Below, in pieces: positions 1 through 12,200 of a DNA stretch of 64,000 bases. The translations under genes were made by a program, and so were the position numbers. Source of the stretch: Octopus sinensis (taxonomy: Eukaryota); contig NC_043020.1 in NCBI RefSeq assembly GCF_006345805.1, positions 2,728,001-2,792,000 on the forward strand, given 5' to 3'. The number at the start of each line of letters is the position of its first letter. Positions within the stretch are counted from its first letter, which is position 1. Below the pieces are notes generated by a model that worked only from the letters and a program-made list of their open reading frames with translations, had not been told where the DNA came from and made no database searches.

Positions 1-359
1 GTTAATAGATGAAGTGGAATGATTTATAATTGTAATAATAAAAATAATTACTTTATGTGGAGTGGCGGGAGGTGGGGGGTTGTTTATATGTGTCAAGTAA
101 TTAAATCAAACGAATGAGATGGCTGGATGAAAATAATTAAATGAAAGAATCCTAAGAAAGTTTGTTAGTCAAATTGGTTACATTTGATATGTTTTTAATA
201 TGCATAATAAAATATTAGTTTCAAATTCTGGCACAAGACCAGCAATTTCAGAGGAGGAGGGGCTAAATCAATTAAATCAACACCAGCGCTCGGCTGCTAC
301 TTATTTTATTGACACTGAATGAATGAAAGCCAAATCGAATTTGAACTCAGAATGTGAGG

Positions 360-600
360 ATGGGTGAAATACCTATTTCTTTACTACCCACAAGGGGCTA
401 AACACAGAGGGGACAGACAAACAGAATCAAGTTGATTATATCGACCCCAGTGCGTAACTGGTCTTTAATTTATCGAACCCGAAAGGATGAAAGGCAAAGT
501 CGACCTCGGTGGAATTTGAACTCAGAACATAGCGGCAAACAAAATACCGCTAAGCATTTTGCCCAGTATGCTAATGATTCTGCCAGCTTGGCACCTTATG
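360..600 (-). mobile_element. SINE family B copy (consensus 5' aaggcggcgagctggcagaatcgttagc...ctgagttcaaattccgccgaggtcgac)
   Basis: Near-identical copies at ~815-975, 6260-6470, 6507-6720, 12525-12755, 18045-18260, 22070-22245, 31500-31930 (two in tandem), 34880-35070, 51400-51610, 56535-56750, 62500-62705. Confidence 0.85.
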
Positions 601-1777
601 CAGAGTAGAAATATTACAAAAACAGACAGTAAATGTATAATGGAGAGGTAGGCTAGTTAGGCTGGTTCAAGTGCTAAATTTCTTTGCAGATTAAAGCAAT
701 TAGGCATTTAATTAAAACAAGTTATTAAAATAATTTACTTAGATGGGTTTTTCTTTTACCCTTTCACTGCTGTGTGTGTGTCACATGTGAAACGGGTCAC
801 ATTTTCCTGGCATCTCGGCTGAGTTCAAATTCCACCGAGGTCGACTTTGCCTTTCATCCTTTCGGGGTTAATTAAATAAGTACTAGTAAATCACTGGGGT
901 CAATATAATCGACTTAATCCCCTTGTCAGTCCTTGTTTGTCCCCTATATGTTTAGCCCCCTGTGGGCAATAAAGAAATACATATATGATATGCATTCCCA
1001 ATTTTTATTTCCAACTATCAGAGTAACTTGAGACTTATGATAGGAAAGCTTTATACTACCCAGAACCAGGGATTAACTAAGTCTGAAAATAAGCAAATCT
1101 TTTATCTTTGAACTGTTTCAGTCATTAGATTGTGGCCATGCTGGGGCACCACCACCAAAGAACTTTTTTAGTGGAATGAATCAACCCTAGTACTTATTTT
1201 TTGTTTTAAGCCTCGTACTTATCCTATCGCTCATTTATGGGGACGTAAATAAACCAACAACGTTAAAAATAAATAACTAAACAAAAGATGTGCATATGGA
1301 ATGTATTAACTTGGTGCTCAGTAAAGGTGGAAAAAAAGGGCTGTTTCTTGTAATCCATACCAATATATACATCTAAAGCAAAAATTTTTCAGGGGCCCTT
1401 AAAATACTATTTTGGATGCCCAATTTACTATTTTGTTGTGTGAACCCCCCAAAATATTACACGGACCCTCAGGGGGCCACTGATGTAGAGGCTCCCTCAT
1501 TGGCCCCTAAAGTAACTGGTATCCAGCAGAGGCTGAAGCTATCTACTGTCGTACTCAAAATATCATTATGTCGCATTACACTATCAGAAGCAGCTCTCAT
1601 CCCATTAATGCGGATATTTAGAATAGCAATGTGTGTGTGTGTGTGTGTGTGTGTGTGGCCAGTTGATCTGACCAGCTGATGCTAAGCTTTGTATCAATTG
1701 ATTTTTACTGTACATATGATATTTCTGCTTTTTAACATCATCATCCAGTTTGTTTTGTTTTATATACATTATATATA

Positions 1778-2178
1778 GGCGCAGGAGTGGCTGTGTGGTA
1801 AGTAGCTTGCTTACCAACCACATGGTTCTGGGTTCAGTCCCACTGCGTGGCACCTTGGGCAACTGTCTTCTACTATAGCCTCAGGCTGACCAAAGCCTTG
1901 TGAGTTGATTTGGTAGACGGAAATTGAAAGAAGCCCGTCGTATATATGTATATATATATATATATGTGTGTATGTTTGTGTGTCTGTGTTTGTCCCCCTA
2001 GCATTGTTTGACAACCGATGCTGGTGTGTTTACGTCCCCGTCACTTAGCAGTTCGGCAAAAGAGACTGATAGAATAAGTACTGGGCTTACAAAAGAATAA
2101 GTCCCGGGGTCAATTTGCTCGATTAAAGGCGGTGCTCCAGCATGGCCGCAGTCAAATGACTGAAACAAGTAAAAGAGT
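1778..2178 (+). mobile_element. Full-length SINE family A (tRNA-like head ggcgcaggagtggctgtgtggtaag, internal (TA)n/(TG)n, tail gtaaaagagta)
   Basis: A/B-box-like head; many copies in the window, e.g. 2500-2875, 2965-3290(-), 9280-9620(-), 13912-14290, 30420-30705(-), 35445-35790(-), 45185-45565, 45690-46090, 61195-61550(-). Confidence 0.88.
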
Positions 2179-2248
2179 ATATATATATATATATATATAT
2201 AAAAAATGAGAATTTCATATATATATATATAAATTTGGCATTCCTTTA

Positions 2249-2445
2249 TTCCATCTGTTACACCTGTATCTTTATTCAGTAATTAATGGTGTCACCCTAT
2301 AAGTGCACTTGATGCATGCAACTTGAAGGGGTTGACACAGTCTGAGGATGTGTTTTGTAGGATTATGTACACTGCATTTATAAGTTGCATGTACGGATTG
2401 AAATAATTAATTACTGGATACAGATACATTATGTAACAGATGGAG
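2249..2445. mobile_element. Stowaway-like (Tc1/mariner) MITE
   Basis: About 40-bp imperfect TIRs (ttccatctgttaca / tgtaacagatggag) flanked by TA on both sides. Confidence 0.55.
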
Positions 2446-3758
2446 TAAAAGAATATCACGATCATGCCTTGTTTTCTTTTTTTTTTTTTTCTCCCGTGGG
2501 TGCAGGAGAGGGTGTGTGATAAGGAGCTTGCTTCTCAACTACATAGTTCTGGGTTCAGTCCCACTGCATGGCACCTTGGGTAAGTGTCTTCTGTTATAGC
2601 CTTGGGCTGACCAAAGCCTTGTGAGTGGATTCAGTGGATGGTAACTGGAACAAGCCCACTGTATACATCTGTGTGTGTTTGTCCTGCATCATCATTTGAC
2701 AACCTGTGTTGGTTTATTTATGTCCCTGTAACTTAGCAGTTTGGCAAAATGTAAGTAATAGAATAAGTACCAAGCTTAAAACAAAAAATAAGTACTGGGG
2801 TCAGTTCATTCAACTAAAAGTTCTTCAAGGCAGTGCCCCAGCATGGCCGCAGTCTAATGACTGAAACAAGTAAATGGTGGAAACTATTTACATTAGCAAG
2901 CATATAAAAGTGAATGTTAAAATGATAATAATAATTTATATATATATATATATATATAATGTTTTAGCCATTTGACTGTGGCCATGCTTGTGCACCACCT
3001 TGAATTTTAGTTGGACAAATCAACCCCAGCACTTATTATTTTGTAAAGCCTGTAACTTAGACTATTCGTCTCTTTTTCTGAGCTGCTAAGCTACAGGGAT
3101 GTAAACACACCATCACTGGTTGTCAAGTGATGGTTGGGGACTATATTCATGACAGGTTTCTTTCAGTTTCCATCTACCAAATCCACTCACAGGGCTGTAG
3201 CAGACGGCACTTTCCCAAAGTGCCATGCAGTGGGATCAAACCAGGAGCCATGTGGTTGGGAAACAAACTTATTACCACACAGCCACATATATGATATATA
3301 TATGATATATATATATATATACTATGTTTGTGTATACCAGTAAAATGTGCAAAAATATATGGAAAGTCCCATGCCTGATTATATTGATTGCCATTTGATA
3401 GAAACTGATGGAATAAAGACTGAAATCTGTAGCTATGTTGATGTGGTTGACGGAAATAGTTGATGGCAGCGCCTCAGCATGACCACAGTTCAGTGATTCG
3501 AACCAGAAAAAAGGATAAATGAGATTGTTGATGTTTCTATTTAATAAAATATAGAAATGAAACTAGACTCTTCCGGTGCAAACAAAAATTAACAAAAGCC
3601 ATTCAGTGCGTGAAATGATATTATCTAACATTTTATTTCAATTATTCATTGCATTGCTTTATATTCTCAATGAACAAAGTACACGGCTTGGTTTTATCAA
3701 GACTCCTTTCATATTGTTGTTGTTTTTGTGTCAAGTCCACCTTGATTTATCAAACATA

Positions 3759-3978
3759 CATGAGGGGCTGCTGGGAAGTTCCTGGCTTTAAGGATATCAC
3801 AAAAGGCCTGGTTGGAGATCCAACCTTCCGAGTTTTTTTACAGGACTTGGTCAAACTGAAGAACTGCTGCAATGAGTGTGTGGATCTGAGATGGGGGAAC
3901 ATGTTGAATAAAATCATGATTCACTGATCCTCCTCTATTTCCTTTAACCAAAGCCAGGGACTTGTCAGAATCCCTTTC
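3759..3978 (+). mobile_element. Mariner-derived MITE
   Basis: Imperfect TIRs (gaggggctgctgggaagttcctggc / gccagggacttgtcagaatccct), TA flanks, internal remnant of a transposase 3' end. Confidence 0.6.
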
Positions 3979-4279
3979 TATATTGCCTTCTATTTTCCAC
4001 TTGAGTGAGCATGTGTGTGTGTATGTAATTAGATACAGATGTGGTTGTGTGGTTAGTAGCCTAGGGGTTTTTGGGTTCATTCCCACTACACTGCACCCTG
4101 GGGAAGTGACTTCTATTGGCCGACCAATACCTTTTGTGCGGATTTGGTAAATGGAAACTGTGTGGAAACCCATGTGTGTGTACACTTGTGTTTCTCCCCC
4201 ACCACTGCTTACCAGCTGGTGCTGGTTTGTTTACATCCATGTAACAGCAGTTTGGCAGATGAAACCAATAAAATAAGTA

Positions 4280-5126
4280 CAAGGGGACACCCAAAAGAAA
4301 CCATAATTTTGCAATATTATTTTATTCACTTAGTTTTACACATTTACACTTTTTTTGCCTTTAAAGTATTCTCCATTTGAAGCAATGCATTGGTCCAGAT
4401 GTTTTTTCCCTTGTTCAAAGTAGAGCTGGAGCTTCTGTGAAGTGATGCCTTTTAACACTTCTGTCATTTTTTTCTGCACCTCTCCCACATCTGCAAATTC
4501 CGTAGCACCAGCTTTCATCACCAGTGATGACCTTTGAAAAAAAGGTCCGAATCAACTTCCAACTGTTCTTTCAGTTCACGACACACATCCAGTTGTGACT
4601 GCTTTTGATCTTCCGTGAGCAAGTGAGGCACAACATTTTGTTGCAACTCTTTTCATTCGCAATTCCTCACTCAAAATTCATTGGCAGGAGTTCTAGGATA
4701 CACTAGTCGTATCAACAAGTTCGTTAATTGCCCAGTAATGATTTTATCATTCATTCGGGAGATCAGTGGTCACCTTGAACGAGGATGGTCTTCAAGCAAC
4801 ATGTGACCATTCCTAAAACATGGAAACCACTTGTAAACTTGTGTTTTGCCCATGGCATCATCCTTATAAGCTGTTTGAAGCATGACAACTGTTTGGGTTT
4901 CTGTTTTCTCCAGCAGAAAACAGAATTTCACAGAAGCACGCTGTTATTTTGTTTCAGCCATTGCAAAAATTGACAAACGAGAGAAGCACTGCAAAATAAA
5001 GATGCACCACATGGCAGTACAGCTTCACATGATAATACCAGTCGATAGACTGATGCCTGAGGGTTGCATCAAGTGGCTTCTAGTAGCAGAAACCTGAACT
5101 ACAACAGGCTCTTGGGTACCCCCTTG
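4280..5126 (-). mobile_element. Internally deleted mariner element nested in a SINE
   Basis: TIRs caaggggacacccaaaag / ctcttgggtacccccttg with TA at 4278-79 and 5127-28; ORF 4336..4521 ends [17 protein letters not shown] (mariner C-terminus). Confidence 0.85.
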
Positions 5127-6040
5127 TATTAGAGTCAATTTTTTTTTTTTTTTACTAAACCCTTCAAGGTGGTGTTCCATTGACTGAAACAAATAAGCGA
5201 CAATAGACATATCATTGTGGGTTGAATAATTCTGCAAATTTTCACATCTTTCTCTCTCTGTTCATTGCCCAACGGGCTTTATTTAGTATTGCATTTTGTT
5301 TCTAATCTAATTCCCCCTGTTATGCTTATCTGGCAAAGCCAAGTTGAGTGATGTGTCTTGCCTAAGACACACAACACAATGACTAAGAAATCAATAAGCT
5401 AGAAACCTGCATAATTAATAGATTATTCCGATGCAGCTTTTGTATTTGTAAACTGCTGCCATTGTGCACCGTAATATTGCATGCATGAAAAAGATAGATT
5501 CGTGGGATATTGAGGCATGACAGTATTGATGTATGATGTCGGTGCAGTTGTGACTGTGTGGTAAGAGGCTTGCTTCCTAACCACAGGGTCTCAGGTTCAG
5601 TCCCACTGTGTGGCATTTTAGACGAGTGCATTGGCCTATAACTCTGGGTACATCAAAGCCTTGTGAGTGGATTTGGTAGATGGAAACTGAAAGGAAGGGG
5701 CCAACTGTGTGTGCGCGCGTGTGCTACTGTCTCTTTGCCTTGACATCTCGTGTGTGCCCTTGTCATGACTTAATATGAAGATTCTACATCAGCATCACTG
5801 CCATATAAGTGAAGTTGTTCATTTCCAGTCTTCCATGAAAATCATGTCTCACCATGCTTGGAAACCGGTATGGGTTGGCGACAGGAAGGGCATCTGGCCA
5901 TAGAAAGTCTGCTTTGGTAAATTCCGTCTGACTTATACAATGTGTATGTTAAAATGGTGGTGGTGGTGGTGGTGGTGAATCTTTTTTCTCAAAGATTTTA
6001 AGTTTGTAATTTTTGTCTTCTTTCTTTTTTTGTTTTCCAG

Positions 6041-6220
6041 GTAATTAAAGGAAGAAAAAGAAAAGAACTAACAATGACTCGATCTTTGAAGTTTTCGGCC
6101 AAACTCAGCGCCTCTGATCCACAAACCACTCCCGTCCGCATCATTGGACAAATCAGGAACTTGAACAAAATTGTGTACGATGATGTCAAAATGAAGTTGG
6201 AGCCTGTGGTTACTGCTGAA
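6041..6220 (+). CDS. NPEPL1: NPEPL1 first coding exon (33 nt 5'UTR, ATG at 6074, MTRSLKFSAKLSASDPQ...VTAE)
   Basis: Polypyrimidine tract + ccag ending 6040; donor gtaagt at 6221. An upstream non-coding exon is implied but not located. Confidence 0.88.
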
Positions 6221-9200
6221 GTAAGTTGTTTATCATCATTATTATTATTATTATTGTTGAAGGCGGCGAGCTGGCAGAATCGTTAGCATGCTGGATGAAA
6301 TGCTTAGCAGTGTTTCACCCTTCGCTATGTTCTGAGTTCAAATTCTGCCGAGGTCAACTTTGCTTTCATCCTTTCAGGGTTGATAAATTAAGTACCAGTT
6401 GAGTACTGGGGTTGATTTAATCAACTAGTCCCCTCCACCAAAATGTCAGGCCTTGTGCCTACAATAGAAAGGATTATTATTATTATTATTATTATTATTA
6501 TTGTGTAAGGTGGTGAGCTAACAGAATCGTTAGCATTGCTGAGCAAAATGCTTAGTGGCATTTCGTTTGTCCTTAAGTTCTGAGTTCAAATTCTGCAGAG
6601 GTTGACATTGCCTTTCATCCTTTTGGGGGTCAATAAAATAAGCCCCAGTTGAGCAATGGGGTCCATGTCATCAACTATCCCTTCCCTTAAAATTTAAGGC
6701 TTTGTGCCAAAATTTGAAGTCATTACTTATTTTTATCATTATTATAAAAAAAAAAAAAAGATTATTGAGGAATTAGCTGAGACAAAGCTTAGACAACATG
6801 TACGCACAAGATTGTGAAGCTAATTGGTGATTAGTGTTGTTGTGGTTGTTGTTGTTGTGTACATTTTATAGTTTTGAATATTGAATGAGGAAAGCTTTGT
6901 CATTAATTTCTAATCTCATAATCTCTGCTTTAGAATTTCAAGGAATTAAGAGTTTCTTTGTATCACAAGTTCTCTAATTGTTATTGTCGTTGCCATCACC
7001 ACCAATGCTGTGGTTGATTAGAGCTATTATCAAAGTCACTCCAACCACGACCATCCTGTGTTTATATGCTACAGTTAGCTACTCAACTATGCATGTGTTT
7101 GGTCAGATGAAAAATGACTTACTGGTAATCTTGTAAACCAGTCCTGAATGTTTTGTGGTTGAGCTGTTGGTAACTAAAAGTGTAACACCATTCTACGGTC
7201 TCACCATGGGTATGTGATGTTTAGGCACAGCCATTTTGATGCCTTTTGGTGTTGATGATTTAGTCCCGATTTACTTAACATCAGATATTTTAATGTTTCT
7301 CTCATTCTCTCATGCCTCCCTCTCTCTTTCTCTTCTCTCTCTCTCCCTGTCTCTGTATGTATATTTTTTTACAAACGCACACGTGTGTGTTTGTGCTTGC
7401 TTCCAGTGCCAAAACAGGCCATGCCAAATCGTCAATGTCCAAACAGCTGTGCCCATTTATCTCATTCAGTCTCACTTTGGTGAACAGAGTGGCTTGCACT
7501 CTGATATGGCCAAAAAAAAGTCTATTCCTATCTAAAATGGCAAGTCATCTTACAAATGGGATTAGGGTCCCATTAAAACTTTCAAGGATAATGTTGACTT
7601 TCTTGTTAACTCCTGTACTTGATTGTCTCTCTCTGTAATAATGCACTGACCATGGCTTTCCGTAACCCAGGAGTATGTAGAACTGAAGCTCATTAACCCT
7701 TTAAGCATTTGACCCTTTTGATTGCAACCCGTCTGAAACCGCCTCTGGCTCAGTCGTACAAATGTCTTCAAAAGTTCTGAATAAAAATCTTCAAATCTCA
7801 AATTCCATCAAGGTTGACTCTACCTTTCATCCTTTTGGGGTCAATAAAATAAGTACCAGTTGAACACTGGGGTCAATGTTATTTATTTAACCCCTTCCCT
7901 GAAATTGTGGAATTATGCCAAAATTTGAAATCATTATTTTGAAGCTGGTTTAAGAACAACAGAGCAATTACTGGTGGGGATGGCTCAGTTCTGATAATCA
8001 TCAAATTTATTGTCAAATCCCACACAACATGAACTTCACAACACGCACACTCATGAACATTCTTATTGGGTTTTCATAGAGTTTCTAACTTGCTACTTCC
8101 ATTTATTGTCTCCCAGCCTCTTGATTATTTCCATAATTGACAATACTGTAACCAAGAAGTTCGTTAACAAATACAGTCATTGAAGAGTTAACTGTGTAAA
8201 TAATATTCCTTATCTGGTGACTGACATTGTTGACATTAGATACCAGTTGTTTGTGAATGACTGAAGTAGAACTATTTGTCTTATCTGATTTATAGTACAT
8301 TGTAAATCTCTCTCTCCCCCTCTCTCTCTCTTGCTCTCTCTCTCTCCAGATGATTGCTAGACATTAAACTACTGATACTAGTACTAATTGTGAACACCAG
8401 CAATTGCACTACGTGACAACGAAGGACCCTCTATGTAGTTGCTTGGCTTTCACAAAATAGCAGCCAAATCTTCTTCGATTCACCCCTTAGCATCCTCTTT
8501 GTCTTTTTTTTAATTTTAGAATGACATTGTAGCATAGTCTGAAAGGCCTGATGTCCAGTCAGTTTAAATGCAAAATCTTGAAGGGATGAAAAGCATGCAT
8601 TACATTTGACAGAGTAATCTCAATGCTAAAAGGTTTTAAAAAAAAAAAAAAAGGTAATGGGAGGAGATTATTGAATACATAGTCCTTAGGATAAACTATG
8701 TCTGACAGAAAAGGTGGGAATGGTCATGGATGGAATGCCTTTATGTCTACTTAATAAGGGTTAAGTTAAGAGCAAGGGAATGATTGTTCAATTTGGTAGA
8801 AATTACAGTCAAATCTACAAATCAATCTTTAATGTCTTTGAAAAACCAGAGGACACATAAGAGGTGTAGCACTGGAAAGGCACATTGCTTAGTGGTTAGG
8901 GTGGCTCACAAGTGTAAGGTTGTGAGTTCAATTCCTGGTGGCACACGGTGCCTTTGAGCAAAACATTTTATTTCACATTGCTCCAGTCCACTCAGCTGGC
9001 AAAAATGGGTTGCACTTGTAATTCAAAAGGAGCCAGCCTTGTTACATTTTGTGTCACACTGAATCTCCCAGAGAACTGCATTAAGGGTCTGTGTGTCTGT
9101 GGAGTACTCAGCCACTTGCCTGTTAATTTCACAAGCAAGCTGTTTCATTGATCGGATTAACTGGGACCCTCATCATCATAACCGATCGAGAGCCAGTTTT

Positions 9201-12200
9201 TAAAAATGTTTGTAAAATAAAACCATTGGATGGTCATGGATAGGATGTCTTTTATTTTTTATTTGTCTTAATAATTGGGCAGCAGCATTGTTGGGCCCCA
9301 CCTTGAAGGGTTTAGTCGAACACATTGACCCAAGTACTTACGTTTTTTTTTAAAGTCTGGTACTTATCCTATTGTTCCTTTTGCTGAACTGCTTAATTAC
9401 AGGGACATAAACAAACTAACACCGGTTGTCAAGCAATGGTGGGTGACAAAGACGCACACACACACACACATACATTTCCTCACAATTTCTGCCAACCATA
9501 CTCACTTACCGAGCATTGGTTGACCTGGGGCTGTTTACCCAAGGTGCCACATGGTGGGATTGAACCTGAAACTCTGTGGTTGCAAAGTGAGCGTCTTAAC
9601 CACTAAGCTATGCCTGCTCTTATTTACACAGGATTTCTTTTTTCTCTCTTTTGTAAATGAAAGTTCAAGACTGCAAGGGATTAGTGGGTACATCCCCATA
9701 AAGGAAGTCCTTAGTTGTTGAATATAGCATATCAGCGTAGTCAGGGACAGTTGATTTGAGGCCTGATTATAACTGTGTGAATAGCAGTTTTGTACAGAAA
9801 CATGTTTTTACATGTATGTGTGCACCTTTCAGTGCATGCAACTTCAGAAATATTTATATGCATTTTTTTTTGTATTGTATATAAACTACTTGTGCAAGTA
9901 TTTACATGTATGCAGGCATTTTAAAATTTGAGTGTGTATGTGACATATATGCATGCATCTTTTAGTGCGACTTTGTGCAAGTATATACATGTTCACATCC
10001 GGTGTGTGTTTGACTTGAATGTTTGTGCATGTAGCTAAAACCAAAACTACATGTATATGCATAAATGTATACGTACAAACAGACGTGTGTGTGTGTGTGT
10101 GCTCAAGTGTATGTAATCAGGTGTATACATTTATCTTTGGTCTTTGTGTGAATGGGTGACCTGTTGGTTGTGTGTGTGAAGGTGAGCATGTATTTGTGTG
10201 TGTGTGTGTGTGTGTGCGTGCCGATGTGCATTCATTTGGGTTTGCATATGATAGTATTTGTTTATCATAAAATGCTTCTGTGTGTGTGTGTGTGTGTGTG
10301 CGTGCGCATGGGCATGTGTGTTGTGTATGTGTTAACTGAACCCAGCCAGATATATTACGAGTTAGGAGTCCTTAGACATCTCACAGATACATTTTCCCTC
10401 CCAGCTGCACTTACACGTGCACCCACTTGCAACTGCACACCAACAGGATTAGCTTACAGGAATAATTTTTAAATAGCTGCAGATTCCCCCCCCATCCCTC
10501 TCTTTGTTATTTTTGGCTATTTTCCAGAACCCTGAAATGTTGGTTTGTGATAAAAAAAAATTTTAAAAAAGGAGGGTTTTAGTGCCAGAAGTATTTGGCA
10601 AGGGTACTAATTGGTTTAAGCCTCTCTTCACTTTCTTCTGGTATAACTTCATCTTAACTCCAGTTGCCATGTCAACTACGAACAAACAAAACAGAATGAT
10701 AATAAAATTAGTTCTTGTTCTCACACGCATACGCACGCATCTACATTTTCTTCCCATTATATTCAATTATATTGTATATGGATGATATTGACTGGTGTGT
10801 GGATGTGTGTATATATATGTGTGTGTGTGTGTGTGTGTATTAGTATGTGTGTGTGCATGCATGCGTGTATTTATATGCTTATAGATATAATCGGCAAAGG
10901 GATGCAGCAAAGCAGAATCTTTACAATGCATCAAAGTCCCTTTAGCTGTTTGGTTACATCGTTTTGAAGCTCTGTTATTTTGCATTGATAAATCTATAAT
11001 ATAACAAAAAAATGTAATAATTGATTTCTTAGCTTTGATTGTTTCTCCGATAACTGAAAGGTCACTGAAACAAAGAATCTAGAAAATGCTTCATTTGTCA
11101 ATCCATCCAACCCATGCCGGCATGGTAAAGACAGACATCAAATGATGATGTCATAAGAATTTTTATAAGAATTTGGTGTTAGGAGGGGCATCCAGCTGTA
11201 GAAACACTGCCAGATCAGACTAGGCCTGGTGCAGCCTCCTGGCTTCCCAGTTGAACCGTCCAACCCATGCTAGCATGGAAAGCGGATGTTAAACGATGAT
11301 GATGATGATAAGGGAATGTGTGGAATGGCAGCTCTTGAAGCAGATAAAGCTATAAAGAATAGCATATAAATACTGGGTTTCAAACCCTTCAAGTAGAAAA
11401 ACTTCAAGGTTCCCCATGTGGCACAAACCCACGTCTTCTATAAATTTTTCCTGTCCAAAGGATTTTTAACCCAATATTTACATGCACTTGTTTATAGCTT
11501 TGGTTTGAGATTATCCAATTTCAAGAAAGAGACTTGTGTGTGTGTGTGTGTGTGTGATTATGTATGTCCCAACAGTGTGTGCTGAGTGCTTTTTACACGC
11601 CTCCTTTTGGGGACAATAAAATAAACACCAGTTGAACACTGGAGTCAATGTCATTTACTAGACCCCCCCCCTTAAAAAAAAGCCTTGTGCCTATTTTACA
11701 AAAGTAGAAAAGATTATGTTTGTTACTCCTCCACCACTTGGCAACCAGTGTTGGTTTGTTGCAACTTAGCAATTTGGCAAAAGAGACCAATAGAATAAGT
11801 ACCAGGCTTTAAAAAAAAAGGTTAGAATATTGGGGTTGAGCTGTTCAATTAAACCCTTTAAGCTGGTGCCCCAGCATGACCACAGTCTATTGATTAAAAC
11901 AAAAGATAAAAGATAGTGTCTAATACTTTATCCATGTTGTCACATTGCTTCAAAGACTGTTTTAACTTAGTCAGGTACAACTCTGTGTCTTTAGCATAAA
12001 TGAAATTGCTTAACCTTTTATCATTTAACCTGACCCATATTGGCAGTTTACTGTGCTTCAGAAGACATGTCAAGCTATGTGAAATCATGGTTGTGGCTCG
12101 TAAAAGGCATCTATGCCACTGATATGTAAAAGGTGCCGGTGACATGTAAGGAGCACCCAGTACACTCTGGAGTGGTTGGTGTTAGGAAGGGCATCCAGCC

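Noticed and set aside
1778-1860. tRNA genes at SINE heads (also 18580-18658 and 28787-28860)
   Set aside because: They have A/B boxes but no complete cloverleaf, and they continue into multi-copy SINE bodies.
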